From Thalia democratica (lineage: Eukaryota): a stretch of DNA of 64,000 bases. The notes under the pieces were generated by a model. It saw nothing but the letters and a program-made list of their open reading frames with translations. It ran no database searches and had not been told where the DNA came from. This document shows, piece by piece, positions 63,773 through 64,000 of the stretch; the first letter of the stretch is position 1, and each line of letters starts with the position of its first letter. The position numbers and the translations under genes were made by a program. The DNA lies in the NCBI GenBank assembly GCA_965202585.1, contig OZ241832.1, positions 23,250,001-23,314,000 of the forward strand. Reading direction: 5' to 3'.

Positions 63773-64000
63773 TAGTGGTGTACCGGAACCGGATCCGGAC
63801 TTTTTTTTTAAATTAGGATCCGTCCGGAACGGAATCCGGATTTCTTTTCAAATTAGGATCCAGCCGGAACCGGACCCGGATATTTTTTTCATATCAAGAT
63901 CCAGCCGGATCCAGATATCAGACAAACATGGCAATATCCGGCTGGATCCAGACCCGGATAGTGAATCATATTATGAAAATTATGTTATATTATATATTTA
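63773..64000 (+). mobile_element. Left end of a DNA transposon with CCGGATCCGG-type subterminal repeats (runs off the window)
   Basis: TAGTGGTGTACCGG followed by repeated GGATCC/CCGGA motifs in ~40-bp units; the other end is not in the window. Confidence 0.6.

Overview
Very AT-rich, intron-containing genomic DNA from an invertebrate animal (taxon not determinable here; the gene families are reminiscent of tunicates or other marine invertebrates, which is inference). No prokaryotic features, CRISPR array, rRNA or complete tRNA gene. From left to right: (1) 1-10.6 kb, a ~6.9-kb-period tandem duplication holding five decayed histone H2B copies and two copies of a spliced RRM-like + Ulp1/SENP (C48) protease gene that are broken in complementary ways; the right copy ends at a 5'-truncated Penelope-like element. 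(2) 13-46 kb, a cluster of probable innate-immune genes mostly missed by the ORF track because they are spliced: a stand-alone ORF resembling the GBP/atlastin helical domain, two tandem 4-exon signal peptide + CCP + non-canonical C-type lectin genes, and two head-to-head 5-exon secreted 3xCCP genes. In both gene pairs one CCP exon is near-identical while the other exons are diverged. (3) A ~2-kb tandem array and several hAT (Buster/Charlie-type) elements with exact 8-bp TSDs. (4) A small spliced prepropeptide gene at 54.3-55.4 kb with a furin site and several frame-compatible 3' exons. A hammerhead-ribozyme-like palindrome lies in a lectin-gene intron. All gene models were built by hand from GT/AG sites, frame continuity and paralog comparison, and need RNA-seq confirmation.
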